A stretch of DNA of 64,000 bases from Thecamonas trahens ATCC 50062 (Eukaryota; Protista; Apusomonadida): NCBI RefSeq assembly GCF_000142905.1, contig NW_013657643.1, forward strand, positions 142,054 to 206,053, read 5' to 3'. This document shows positions 1 through 10,084 of this stretch, piece by piece. A program made the position numbers and the translations under genes. How positions within the stretch are numbered: position 1 is the first letter of the stretch; every line of letters starts with the position of its first letter. The notes under the pieces are model-generated. The model was not told the DNA's origin. It searched no databases and saw only the letters and a program-made list of their open reading frames with translations.

Positions 1-380
1 TTCCCTCGCCGCCGCCCTCACCACCGTCATCGCCACCACTCGCCACACTCCGCTGCACCAGTCCGTCCCGCGCCTCCATCCCTGATCCGCTCCCTGCCGC
101 AGCCATCGGTCCGCTGTCCACCACTCCGCCGCCACCACCGCCCCACCCCCCCGTGCGGGCCTCTCTCACCCAAGTAAGACAATGGCCCACCTGCCGACAA
201 CGCCACGTACTGCCCCCCATCCNNNNNNNNNNNNNNNNNNNNNNNNNNNNNNNNNNNNNNNNNNNNNNNNNNNNNNNNNNNNNNNNNNNNNNNNNNNNNN
301 NNNNNNNNNNNNNNNNNNNNNNACGCCCGCCGACCTCCCTCCCCCCTCCCCCCCCCCCCCCCCCCCCCCCCCAACCCCAC

Positions 381-3300
381 ATGCCCCCCTCCTCCCCCTC
401 CTCCACTCCCTCCTCCCTCTCGTTCTCCTCAGACAGCCGCACCCACTCCCGCTCCAGCTCTCCCTCAAACGACCTGGCTGTCTCGGCCTCGGGCATCCGC
501 CTGTTGGTTATTCGCGACGCAGACGACGACAACGACGACAACGACGACCGCAGTGGCACAGAGCCATCATCGAGTGGCGCGAGTGGTCATGACGAGGCGC
601 CGGCGGACGATTGCAGTAGTCGAGCCATCCCCGCAGGGCTGGCTGACTCGGCACATCTGCTCGTCGACGACGATGGGTCGGATGCAGGCTCGCCCGACTA
701 CTCGTACGCCACAGAGGAGCTGCTGCTGCCGTACCACATCCCGCCGTTGGAGGACTGTCGCCAGCTGGACTCGACGTCCTCAACTTTGGCGTCCGAGCCG
801 GACTCGGAGCCCATCGACACTCGAAAGCTGAGCGATCTCGCGAGACTGGCTCGCGGTAGCGGCGAGAGCAAACCCGCGCTTGACAGCGCTGTCGATCGCC
901 CGCTGCCCGGACCTGACGGCCTTGCCCGCCGCGACGACAACTTTGCCCATCCGTCGTCGTTCGACGGCTTTGGCTCGCGGGTCACCGCCAACTCGACTAC
1001 AACCGCCTCGCAGCGGAGCGGCGCTATCGCCTCGGGCCGCCGCACTGTCTCCTTCCGCGACCGGAACCAAGACAAGCTCGGGACCGGAACCGGAAGCGGG
1101 GCCAACACCAGGAGCGACTTGGTATCTAGCGCTGCCGCCGGCTCTGACGGCAGAGCGCCGGCCCAAGACGAGCAGATCGAGCCGCTGACCTGGACTGGCC
1201 AACTGGAGCGCATCATCGACTCGACCTGGTTTGCGGTTGTCATCGGCTTTATCACCCTCTTTGTCCTTTTTGTCGACGACATCTCAGTCCTCGCCGGTGT
1301 GTCGGATCCCGAGCACGGTGGCCTCGGCTACGCGCTACTAGTCATCAAGGTGGTGACCTTTGTCATCTTCCTCACCGAGCTCGCGGTCTCGTCCGTGGTC
1401 AAGGACGCATACTTTGCATCGTTTTTCTTCTGGCTCGATGTGGTGACCCTCGTCTCGTTTGTTCCGGACCTCGTCCTCCTTTTGTGGGTGTTGACCTCTT
1501 GCTCGCACTCGGAGTCCTCTCAGTGGCCCGCGCCGGCCGTGCCGCGCGAGCTGCGGCCCGGACCCTGTCCTCTTCCGGGTCATGAAAGTGCTCAAGCTCT
1601 CGCACAAGCAGACGGTTAGCGCGTCGATCGACAAGCTCGAAGACCACGCGACTATGTACGACGCTGCCGAGTCGAGTCGACCCGGCGGCATTGTTCTCCG
1701 CGCCATGACTAACAAGGTCACTGCCCTCGTCCTCATTGTCTACATTTCAACTGCCATGTTCCAGACCGACCCTGACTGGTCGCAACACTCGCTCTCGGCT
1801 CTGATGACGCTCGAGGCCGGGTCCGCGGCGGTGGGCTCACCGGCTGCACTCCTGCCAGCCTTCCTTCACCCCTACACTGCGCGCGTCAAGGTAGTCCGCC
1901 TCTTTGTCAACGGCGTGCTGCAGCTTGATGGCCATGTTCCACTGCGGCGCGACTTTCGGACCACCATCTCCACCCCGTCGCAGGCCTCATCGATTCTGCT
2001 CAACATCTCCGAGGACCGCCGCATGGATGCTCTCTTCTCGCTCATGTCACTGGTCGTGGTCATTGTAGGCCTCGGCGTCGGCAATCTGGTCATTTGCCAC
2101 TCGGCCAACAAGCTCGTCGTCATCTCCGAACACCTTATGGCCATCATGCGGCTGCTCACCTCGCACCTCAAGGGCGCGACGTCGACCCGCCGCGGCTCCC
2201 TCGTCGCCTCGGACCTGGCGCCCACCATTCTCTCCGACCTGCCCTCCGTCTCGGTCTTTGGCTACAACGACACCCAGACCACGCTCGCCAAGACCGCGAC
2301 CGATGGGTCGGGCATGTCGCGGCTCCGCCCACCTACCGCAACGTCAGGTCACGGCTCTGGCGGCGGTGGCGCCGAGACTATCATCTCAGCGCTCGCCTTT
2401 TGGGACGAGGCCACTTCGCACCAAGTCGGCTACGTCGAAGGCATCGAGGAGCAGTTGCAGCGGTACCTGGTCGACAATATGCGGGTCGAGCTCGAGGCCA
2501 AACAGGCGCGGCGCCGCGAAGCCGAGCTTCGCAGCCTGGTCCGCCTTGCCGCCTCGCGGCAAGAGCGCGCCCGCGCCCACGTTGAGCGCCTCATCACCAA
2601 GATCGACGCCCTCAAACATCAAGTCTGGCGCTACCGACAGCATCTCTCGCGGACGACGCGCCGGCGTCTGGACGAGGAGGACGCCGAGGACGGCTCCAAC
2701 TCGGCGCTGGCCGAGCTGTCCGACGTCGGCTCGGTGCTCTCGGTGGTGACGCTGCGGTCTGGCGCTCGCATGGCTCGCGACGCCGGCCTCACCCACGCCT
2801 CGGACCCGTCGCTGACCGAGGCGCCGGAGGAGACCCAGTTTGTGTCGGAGCACGACACGGTGTTTGTGGAGCGCCACGACGGCGCCGCCGTTGTCGTCCG
2901 CGGCACCGTCAACGGCCTCATCGAGCAGCTGACCACGCTCTCGGGCACGCCGTCGACCGAGTATCTGCGGACCTTCCTCTACACCTTCCGGCGATACACT
3001 CATCCGCAGCATGTCCTTGAGCGCCTGCTCATCCGGTACTGCATCGCACCGCCGCAGGCGATGCGCCACATGCCACTCAATGCCGGCATGCAGCACTACG
3101 ATCTCGAACTCGGCGACGCGTCGATGAACTGGGCACTCGAAGTCGAGGTCCCCATCCGCAACCGCGTCCAGCAAGTCCTCTACTACTGGGTCACCAACTG
3201 CTTTGTCGATTTTGTCGACTCTCCGCCGCTGCTCGACCTGCTCCGCCGAGCAATCGACAACGTGTTCAACCGGACAACGGCGCCGTTTGCGTCGCGGCTG

Positions 3301-4338
3301 GCGGCAGTCATTGCCAACCAGCTCGACTCGGGCGGGCTCAGCCGCCCGCCTCCGCGCCGCATCCGCTTGTCGATTGCGGCCGTGCCCACACCACGCATTC
3401 CTCTCAGCATCGGCCAGTCGACCGCAGTTGCACCCAGTAGCTCGGAGCCGGCAGACTCGTCGCCGTCGGTCGAGCTCAGCATCACCGACATCGACCCGCT
3501 CGAGCTCGCGCGGCAGCTCAAGCTCCTCGACCACGAGATCTACTGTCAGGTCCAGGTCTGGGAGCTCTTTGACGCGGCTTGGGAGTCTCCAGCACGTGAA
3601 CAGCGCGCGCAAAACGTGCTGGCCCTCGGCAACGTCTTCTCGGCCAGGGTTTTCTGGTTCCGCTCACTCATCCTCAGCGACGGCCTTTCCTCCCGCGAGC
3701 AGGCCCACATCCTCGAGTACCTTATCGAGGTTGGCACGGCCTCGGTTGAGATATACTCGTTTAACGCTGCCGTCGCGGTCCTCGGAGTGCTGAAGGACCA
3801 CGAGGTTGGTGAGTGCTCGTCGGCGTGGCGCAAGATCTCGTCGTCGGCCGCCGCCGACTACGACGCCTTTAAGGCCGTCTTTTCGCGGGCCACCGACTTT
3901 GCGCCGTACCGCGAACGGCTTGTCCACCATCGCACCAACGTACTCGAGCGCGCTGCCGACGACGGCGGCGACCCGACGCTCCCGCCGACCGCTGTCCCCT
4001 ACCTCGGCTTCCACCTCGAGGACCTCTTTGACGCCGACGAGAACAACCCAGACTACACCGACGATTCGCTCGTCAACTTTCAGAAGTGCACACTCATGGC
4101 CTCGCTCATCGACTTTGCGCTGGCTTGGCGCGACACTGCTCCGTGTTTTGTCCCCGTCGACACCATCCAGGACTTTATCCGCGACGGCCAGCTCTCGGCC
4201 GTTACCACGCCATGGGTGCCTTGCACCGCCGGCCCGCTGCTCACCCCATCAGGCGCCGCTGGCTTGGGCGACCCTGCCTTTGATCACGCCGTCCACGACT
4301 CGGACGACGCCATCTCTGCCACCGACAGCGACGAGTAG
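381..4338 (+). CDS. Voltage-sensor-like membrane domain + coiled coil + REM/CDC25 Ras guanine-nucleotide exchange factor (two -1 frameshifts near 1480 and 1567)
   Basis: ORF 153-1619 encodes S1-S3-like helices (WFAVVIGFITLFVLFVDDI; IFLTELAV; FFFWLDVVTLVSFVPDL). The intervening frame encodes VDLLLALGVLSVARAGRAARAAART. ORF 1582-4338 gives LFRVMK, two more TM helices, REM (GTVNGLIEQL, FLYTFRRY, VQQVLYYW) and CDC25 motifs (DPLELARQLKLLD, SFNAAVAV, VPYLGFHLEDL, LVNFQK). The ATG at 381 follows a C-tract; the start is uncertain because of the upstream gap. Confidence 0.85.
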
Positions 4339-4500
4339 CCATGTTTGCCACAGCCCGGCATGTTTGCCGCCATTTGAAGCCACCCGAGTCTGTCCGCTAT
4401 CCACTGTCCGCTTTGAGCTGTGAGCTGCGACAGGCCATTGGCCATTGACCATTGGCGCTGCGTCACTTGACGCAGCGGCAAAAGACAGCCGGAGCAAGTC

Positions 4501-6059
4501 ATGTCTGCCCTCGGCAACCTGGCCAACCTGGTCAATGACCTAGCCAAGACAGACAGCATGCAAGACATTGCCGAGGTACGTCCCTCCTCCCCCCTCCCCC
4601 CCCCCCCTCCCCCCTCCCCCCCTCCTCTGCCGAATCTCCTTCCCCACCCCGCACACTCTGCGCTGTACCCCTTAGGTCGCCTGTCATGCCAATTCGACCA
4701 GAGCGAGCGACAAGGCAAGTAAGCCGCACGGCGAGACCAACCACGACGACCAGACAGAGGCCACAGAGCCCCCCCCCCCCCCTCCCGCACACCTACACTA
4801 CACAGCCACATAGGGAGCCAGTTGATGCTTCCCTCGCCAGTATCAACTACAGCTGTATCCTGCTCGTTCCAGCCAGTGGGGCGGGGGGGGGGGAGGGGGG
4901 GGGGGTGGAAGTGGCTGAAGGTTGTTCTCTCGCCGACCTGCCATGCGAGGCAGGGCGTACAGGCAGGCGTACAAGCAGGTGCCCAGACAGGCGCACAGCA
5001 AGGTGCACGTGGAGGGGGAGAGTGTGCAAAGAAGGGCAGATACTGTGGCTGTGTGCGGGGTGTGGACTGACATGGTTGGCTGTGGTCGCGGTGTACGCGC
5101 GGGTGTGGGTGTACGTGTGACTGGTCTGGTGTGGGTGCGTGTGGCAGTCGATTGCGGACCTCAACCACCTGACGCTCAAGGACCTGGACCTGATCACCCA
5201 GCTCGGGCGTGGCGCTTATGGTGATGTGTTCAAGGTCAAGGTTTTGGAGACGGGGGAGGAGCTGGCGATGAAGGTGATTTCGATGCTGGAGGCAGACGCG
5301 ACGCACAAGTCGCGGACATTGCTGGAGGTACGGACGCTGCATGCGTCGGCGTGTCCGCATCTGGTCTCGTTCCGTGGCGCGTTTGTGGACGGTGACGACC
5401 TGCACATTCTGCTCGAGCTCATGTGGGGCTCGCTGGAGGACTTGTCTGAGCTTGTCCGCGGCGTCATGGGCGACGACTACCTCGTGCCCGAGTTTGTGGT
5501 CCAGCACGTGGCGCATGCAGTGACAACCGCCATGCGCTACCTCAAGAAGGAGTTCAAGGTCATGCACCGCGACCTCAAGCCGGCCAACATCCTAGTCAAC
5601 TCGGCGGGCATGGCCAAGCTCTGCGACCTCGGCCTCTCCAAGGTCCTCACAGACTCGATCACCAAGACCCAGGTTGGCTCCAAGGCCTACATGTCACCCG
5701 AGCGTCTGACCGAACCCTCGTACGACGTCCGCGCAGACGTCTGGTCGCTCGGACTCGTCCTCGTCGAGCTCGTCACCGGGGAGTACCCGTACGCATACCT
5801 TGACCAGCCGCTGCGCATCCTTACCGCCATTGCCGAGGGCGTCGTGCCGGACATGCCCGACTCGCTCCCGTACTCGGACGAGTGCAAGGACTTTATCAAG
5901 ACCTGCCTCCAGCCCGACCCGGCCAACAGGCCCAAGCCCAAGGCCCTCATCAAGCACTCGTTCCTCAAGTCCAAGTCCTCCGACTCGGCCGCCTTTGCCG
6001 ACTGGATGGCCGACTTGACCCGCCAGTACGAGGAGATCCACGGCGAGTCGTTCAACTGA
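4501..6059 (+). CDS. MAP2K: MAP kinase kinase (STE7/MEK family), 2 exons: 4501-4575 and 5148-6059
   Basis: GRGAYGDV, LAMKVI, HRDLKPANIL, DLG, activation loop DSITKTQVGSKAYMSPERL, YDVRADVWSLG typical of STE7 kinases. A phase-0 intron joins MSALGNLAN..DIAE to SIADLNHL. Confidence 0.93.
4576..5147 (+). other. Spliceosomal intron of MAP2K gene
   Basis: GAG|GTACGT donor, GTGGCAG|TCG acceptor, frame preserved, CTGAC branch-like motif near 5067. Confidence 0.85.
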
Positions 6060-6404
6060 CCTGAAACGGCCCACTGTCCTCTGCCCACCCACGACCTCCA
6101 ACCCTGCATCGCGATAAAGCCATCTGCATCCTTGCCCCTCTGACGCCATCCCGTCTCCAACCAGAGAAATAAAAAGAAAGCCCCCCTCCCTGCCCGACCA
6201 ACCGACCAAACAACAGTGACCTCCAAACTTCCACCGCAACACCGTCCCCCCCCCCCCCCCCCCCCCCTCCCCCCCGGGTACCCCCACCGGGCGGGCATAC
6301 TTGTCGCAGCGGCCACGGGAGAGCAAGCACACCTCAGCCTCAGCCTCAGCCACAGCCCATAGCCACCCACCCACCCCATCCATCCATATACAGAGAAGCA
6401 GGAA

Positions 6405-8384
6405 ATGGGCGACAGCGCAGACGGACTGGCCGACGCCCCTCCGCCGCCTGCGTCGTTTGTGGAGGCCGGCAGCGTGCTTGCCGTCGGCGCCGTGGGCGAC
6501 GGAGTGCTGCTGGAAGACGCTCCGCCGCCGCCGCCATCCTTCCTTGGCTCGCCGTCGGTGCTGGGAGGCGGTGGTGGGAGCGGGGTCAACTTCCTGGACG
6601 TGGGCGACATCGATGTCGACACCTTTGGCATGCCCATGCCGCCGCCGCCCGAATGCGAGTTCAACGCAGCACCCGACGACGACGACGACCTCTCCGCAGG
6701 CATTCCGCCCGTCTACGACGACCGCATTGCGTCCATCGAGGCTGCCGCAGGCTCAGACGGCCTGCTTAAGGCTGGCTGGGTCTACAAGCGCGGCGGCGGG
6801 AAGCTCCGCTCGCCGTGGCAGAAGCGCTTCCTCGTCCTCACCCTCGACTCGCTCACCTACGCGCCGAGCGAGACCAAGCCCATCAAGGGCCGCATCAACA
6901 TGGCCCACGTCAAGAAGGTCCGCTACTCGAACGACCCAGGTGAGATGGGCAAGCGTTGCGGCATTGTCGTCGTCACCCTCCCGCGCACCTACTACTTTGC
7001 GCCTGAGACGCCCGACGAGTTGATGGAGTGGATGCGCCTGCTGTCTCAAGCCGCAAAGCGCCACCGCTACCTCCGCATCAAGGCTCGCTCCGAGGCCAAC
7101 AACGAGGAGCTGCTTTCGGCTTCGGAGGAAGACGACGAGTCCGAGTTCTCGGCCTCGTCAGACTGGGCCGCCGAAGAGGTTATCAAGGAAGGCAACGTGC
7201 TCAAGCGAGCACCGGTCAAGATCAAGTGGGCCCCGTGCTGGCTCTCGCTCTCCAACAAGAAGATCACCTACGGCTCGGCCAACAACTCGCGGGTTGCCGG
7301 CATGATCTACACCAAGGACATCGAGGGCGTGCTCAAAACCATCGGGCAGCGCGAGGTCGGCGAGCAAGCCAATTGCCTCAGCCTCTACACGGCCGACCGG
7401 ACCTACTTTTTCTCCGCCCCGTCCGAGGTCGAACTCCACAAGTGGCTCGACGTCATTCGCATTGCCCAAGAGCAGGCGCGTGCCGGAGCGTCCGACTCAA
7501 TCGCCGACGCTGGCGCCGCGTCGTCGGCTACCCCCGCCCCGGCCGGCTCTTCGCCACCCAAGAGTGGCTCGGGCGCCTCGCTGGCGGCGGCCGGCTCGTC
7601 TGGCTCGCTGGTCACCGGCGATGAGGACGAGGATGAGGACGACGATGGCGAGATTGTGCTCGAGGGCCTGCTGGTCAAGCGCGGCGGCCGCCGCTCGTCG
7701 TGGCGGACCCGCTGGTTCACCGTCTCGCGCCAGAAGCTCACGTACTCGGCGTCCAAGGAGAAAGGCCTTAAGGGCGAGTTTCTCATCCGCGACATCAAGA
7801 CCGTCCTCCGCGACATCCCACTCAAGGTCAAGCGCGAGCTCGACAAGACCTCGCGTGTCGGCATCACCGTCGCCACCGTCGATCGCACCTACTACCTGGC
7901 CTCCGACGACGAGCGCACCCTCGACGCCTGGTACCGTGTCCTCCATCGGCTCCATCGCGACCGTAAGAAGGGTCGCAAGCGCCCTCTCGACTTTTACCGC
8001 CAGCTCGGTACCAGTGCCGAAGTCGATGTCGACACGCTCAACTCGGCCGATCGCGCCGCTTTGGGCTCAGCCGAGCTTGACGTGTCAACATCGGCCTCGG
8101 CCTCACCGGCCGCCGGCAACGACGAACCGCCGCCGGTTAAGGTCGACACCGCCGCCACTCCCGGTGCTGCTTCGGACGGCGGTGACGCCGACGAAAGCGC
8201 CAGTGATGCAGATGCGCCCGCCGAGAGTGACCGCAATGGAAACGATGACGCACCAGCTGTCCAAGTGGACAAGGGTGACGGCGGGGGAACCGGTGAGGCT
8301 GCCGACGGCGCGGCCGACGACGGCAACGGCAACAACGCTGCTGCCAGTGACGACAGCGAGTCTTCTAGCACCGACCTAGTTTGA
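6405..8384 (+). CDS. Protein with three PH domains
   Basis: Three repeats of the PH pattern: LKAGWVYKRGG..WQKRFLVL..ELMEWMRLL; IKEGNVLKR..ELHKWLDVI; LEGLLVKRGG..WRTRWF..LDAWYRVL, with acidic linkers. Confidence 0.9.
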   Translation: MGDSADGLADAPPPPASFVEAGSVLAVGAVGDGVLLEDAPPPPPSFLGSPSVLGGGGGSGVNFLDVGDIDVDTFGMPMPPPPECEFNAAPDDDDDLSAGIPPVYDDRIASIEAAAGSDGLLKAGWVYKRGGGKLRSPWQKRFLVLTLDSLTYAPSETKPIKGRINMAHVKKVRYSNDPGEMGKRCGIVVVTLPRTYYFAPETPDELMEWMRLLSQAAKRHRYLRIKARSEANNEELLSASEEDDESEFSASSDWAAEEVIKEGNVLKRAPVKIKWAPCWLSLSNKKITYGSANNSRVAGMIYTKDIEGVLKTIGQREVGEQANCLSLYTADRTYFFSAPSEVELHKWLDVIRIAQEQARAGASDSIADAGAASSATPAPAGSSPPKSGSGASLAAAGSSGSLVTGDEDEDEDDDGEIVLEGLLVKRGGRRSSWRTRWFTVSRQKLTYSASKEKGLKGEFLIRDIKTVLRDIPLKVKRELDKTSRVGITVATVDRTYYLASDDERTLDAWYRVLHRLHRDRKKGRKRPLDFYRQLGTSAEVDVDTLNSADRAALGSAELDVSTSASASPAAGNDEPPPVKVDTAATPGAASDGGDADESASDADAPAESDRNGNDDAPAVQVDKGDGGGTGEAADGAADDGNGNNAAASDDSESSSTDLV

Positions 8385-8420
8385 TTAACATCTATTCTCT
8401 TTCCCCATTCCTCCCTTTTC

Positions 8421-9899
8421 TTACCAAACCAATCGCGTCAACCACTCGCACCAGCTCTCGTCAGGGTTGGCGGCGCGCGGCCGGATCGAGGCTCCGGCGG
8501 CCGACGACGGGACAGAGGCGGCAAGGGCCGGATCGTTGAGTTCGGGCCAGAGCCCGCCAACAACGTCGTGAACAGCGAGTTGGCAACCGGCAGTAACAGC
8601 GAGAACAGAGTCGCTCATAGCGAGCGCAACAGGTCCGGCTGGGAGATGTCCCTGTGGAAGAGTCGCGCACCACGCCCCGGTCTCCAGATCCCACACATTG
8701 ACGATACCCGAGTGGTCTCCCGAGACAAACACCTCTTCGCCCGCGGCCAGCGTCCAGACCCAATCGTCGTGCCCGTCGCAGAGCCTAACGACATCGCCGG
8801 TCTCGGCGTCCCACACAATGACTAGGCCATCGTACGATCCGGTGATGAGCCTCCCCGCGCTCGGCACATAGACCATGTCGCGGATGACGTCGCCGTGCTC
8901 GTCCATGACATGCAGAGGGCGGCCGAGGGCGCGAATGTCGTAGGTAGCGGCGACGCCGGCGCGCGATGCAACATGGACCTTGGTTGGCTTGCGGTCAAAG
9001 ATAACCTTGGTCACCTCGGGCTGCCAGACCTTGACCGAGTGAGCTGCAGCCTCGGCCCGGGCATCATACCAGGTCACCTGCCCGCGATACGAGCCCACAG
9101 CAACCACCGGTGCGCTCCCAACCACCGCCACATCCGTCGACTGGACTGCCCCGTTGCTACCACCCGCCGAGCCGGCGTCCGATACCAGAGCGCCGACCTC
9201 AATGTCGAGCAGCGCGATGGAGCCGTCGTGCAGGCCGGCGACAGCGTGCGGGAAAACGCCCGGATAGCGTGTCGGCGCTGGCGAGGCGGCATGCGGCAGC
9301 CACGACGAGAGCGTGAGGACCGAGGCCGCTAGCGGAATCGCAGCCGAGCACGGGTCTTGCGCGCCCGCCTCTGCCGCCGCCAGGTCCCAGATCCGAACCG
9401 AGGCATCGGTGGAGCCCGAGACGGCGACACCTGCGGCATCCAGCCACAGAGCGGCGTTGATCTTCTTGGCGTGGCCCTCGAGGACAAAGTCAAGAGCCAT
9501 CTCTCCACCGGCCGAGCACTCGCGCGGCCATGAGAAGCGACGCAGCCGCGAGTCGCGGGCACCGGTCAGGACGGCGTCGCCAGCCACGTCGAGCGTCCAC
9601 ACTGCGCGGAGATGGGCCAGGTCCGGGCTCCGCCAGCTCGCGCCACGCAAGCCGCGCCAGCGATCAGGCCGCCATCGTGTCACCGCCACATACGCTGCCA
9701 TTGGCCCAGCAGCAGCAAGGCCAGGTGGGAGAGCCCGCAACGGAAGGGCGTGGTCACGGGCGAGGGCAGCAGCCCAGACGGCACGGTCGGCGCCGACACG
9801 GGCGAGGCGGCGGGAGGCAGCACGGGCGGCGGCGACGTCGGGTGCAGGGGTGTGGGAGAGGATGGAGACAAGGAGTTCGTCGGGGAGGTCTTCGAGCAT
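8421..9899 (-). CDS. F-box/WD40 repeat protein
   Basis: N-terminal F-box LEDLPDELLVSILSH; WD40 repeats GHAKKINA..SGSTDASVRIWD, EHGDVIRD..TGSYDGLVIVWD, GHDDWVWTL..SGDHSGIVNVWD. Confidence 0.9.
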   Translation of the reverse strand: MLEDLPDELLVSILSHTPAPDVAAARAASRRLARVGADRAVWAAALARDHALPLRALPPGLAAAGPMAAYVAVTRWRPDRWRGLRGASWRSPDLAHLRAVWTLDVAGDAVLTGARDSRLRRFSWPRECSAGGEMALDFVLEGHAKKINAALWLDAAGVAVSGSTDASVRIWDLAAAEAGAQDPCSAAIPLAASVLTLSSWLPHAASPAPTRYPGVFPHAVAGLHDGSIALLDIEVGALVSDAGSAGGSNGAVQSTDVAVVGSAPVVAVGSYRGQVTWYDARAEAAAHSVKVWQPEVTKVIFDRKPTKVHVASRAGVAATYDIRALGRPLHVMDEHGDVIRDMVYVPSAGRLITGSYDGLVIVWDAETGDVVRLCDGHDDWVWTLAAGEEVFVSGDHSGIVNVWDLETGAWCATLPQGHLPAGPVALAMSDSVLAVTAGCQLAVHDVVGGLWPELNDPALAASVPSSAAGASIRPRAANPDESWCEWLTRLVW

Positions 9900-9924
9900 G
9901 GAAGGAGGGGTGGGGAGGTGGCGT

Positions 9925-9925
<1 letters not shown>

Positions 9926-9961
<36 letters not shown>
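9926..9961. repeat. (GT)n microsatellite
   Basis: About 18 GT units just upstream of the F-box gene start. Confidence 0.95.
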
Positions 9962-9966
<5 letters not shown>

Positions 9967-10084
9967 GCCAGCGGTTGTGCGACAGGCGCACAGGCCACGA
10001 CTCGCAGGCATCTCGGAAGGCGGGTGGACTTTTGGTGCGGCAGCCGGCCGGGGCATCGCGGGGTATGATTGTGGGCTTGGTCGA

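Noticed and set aside
153-380. ORF extensions running through N-gaps and poly-C tracts (also 23368-23986, 59121-59889)
   Set aside because: Open only because Ns and homopolymers contain no stops; the poly-Pro/poly-Gly translations are not credible.
1583-1585. In-frame TGA in the S4 frame as a possible selenocysteine or readthrough codon
   Set aside because: The plausible protein continues in a different frame (LFRVMK), so a frameshift explains it better.
2386-3612. Long antisense and alternative-frame ORFs (also 14024-15310, 46103-47596, 54635-55753 and many others)
   Set aside because: Shadow ORFs expected from high GC and biased codon use opposite real genes; no recognisable motifs.
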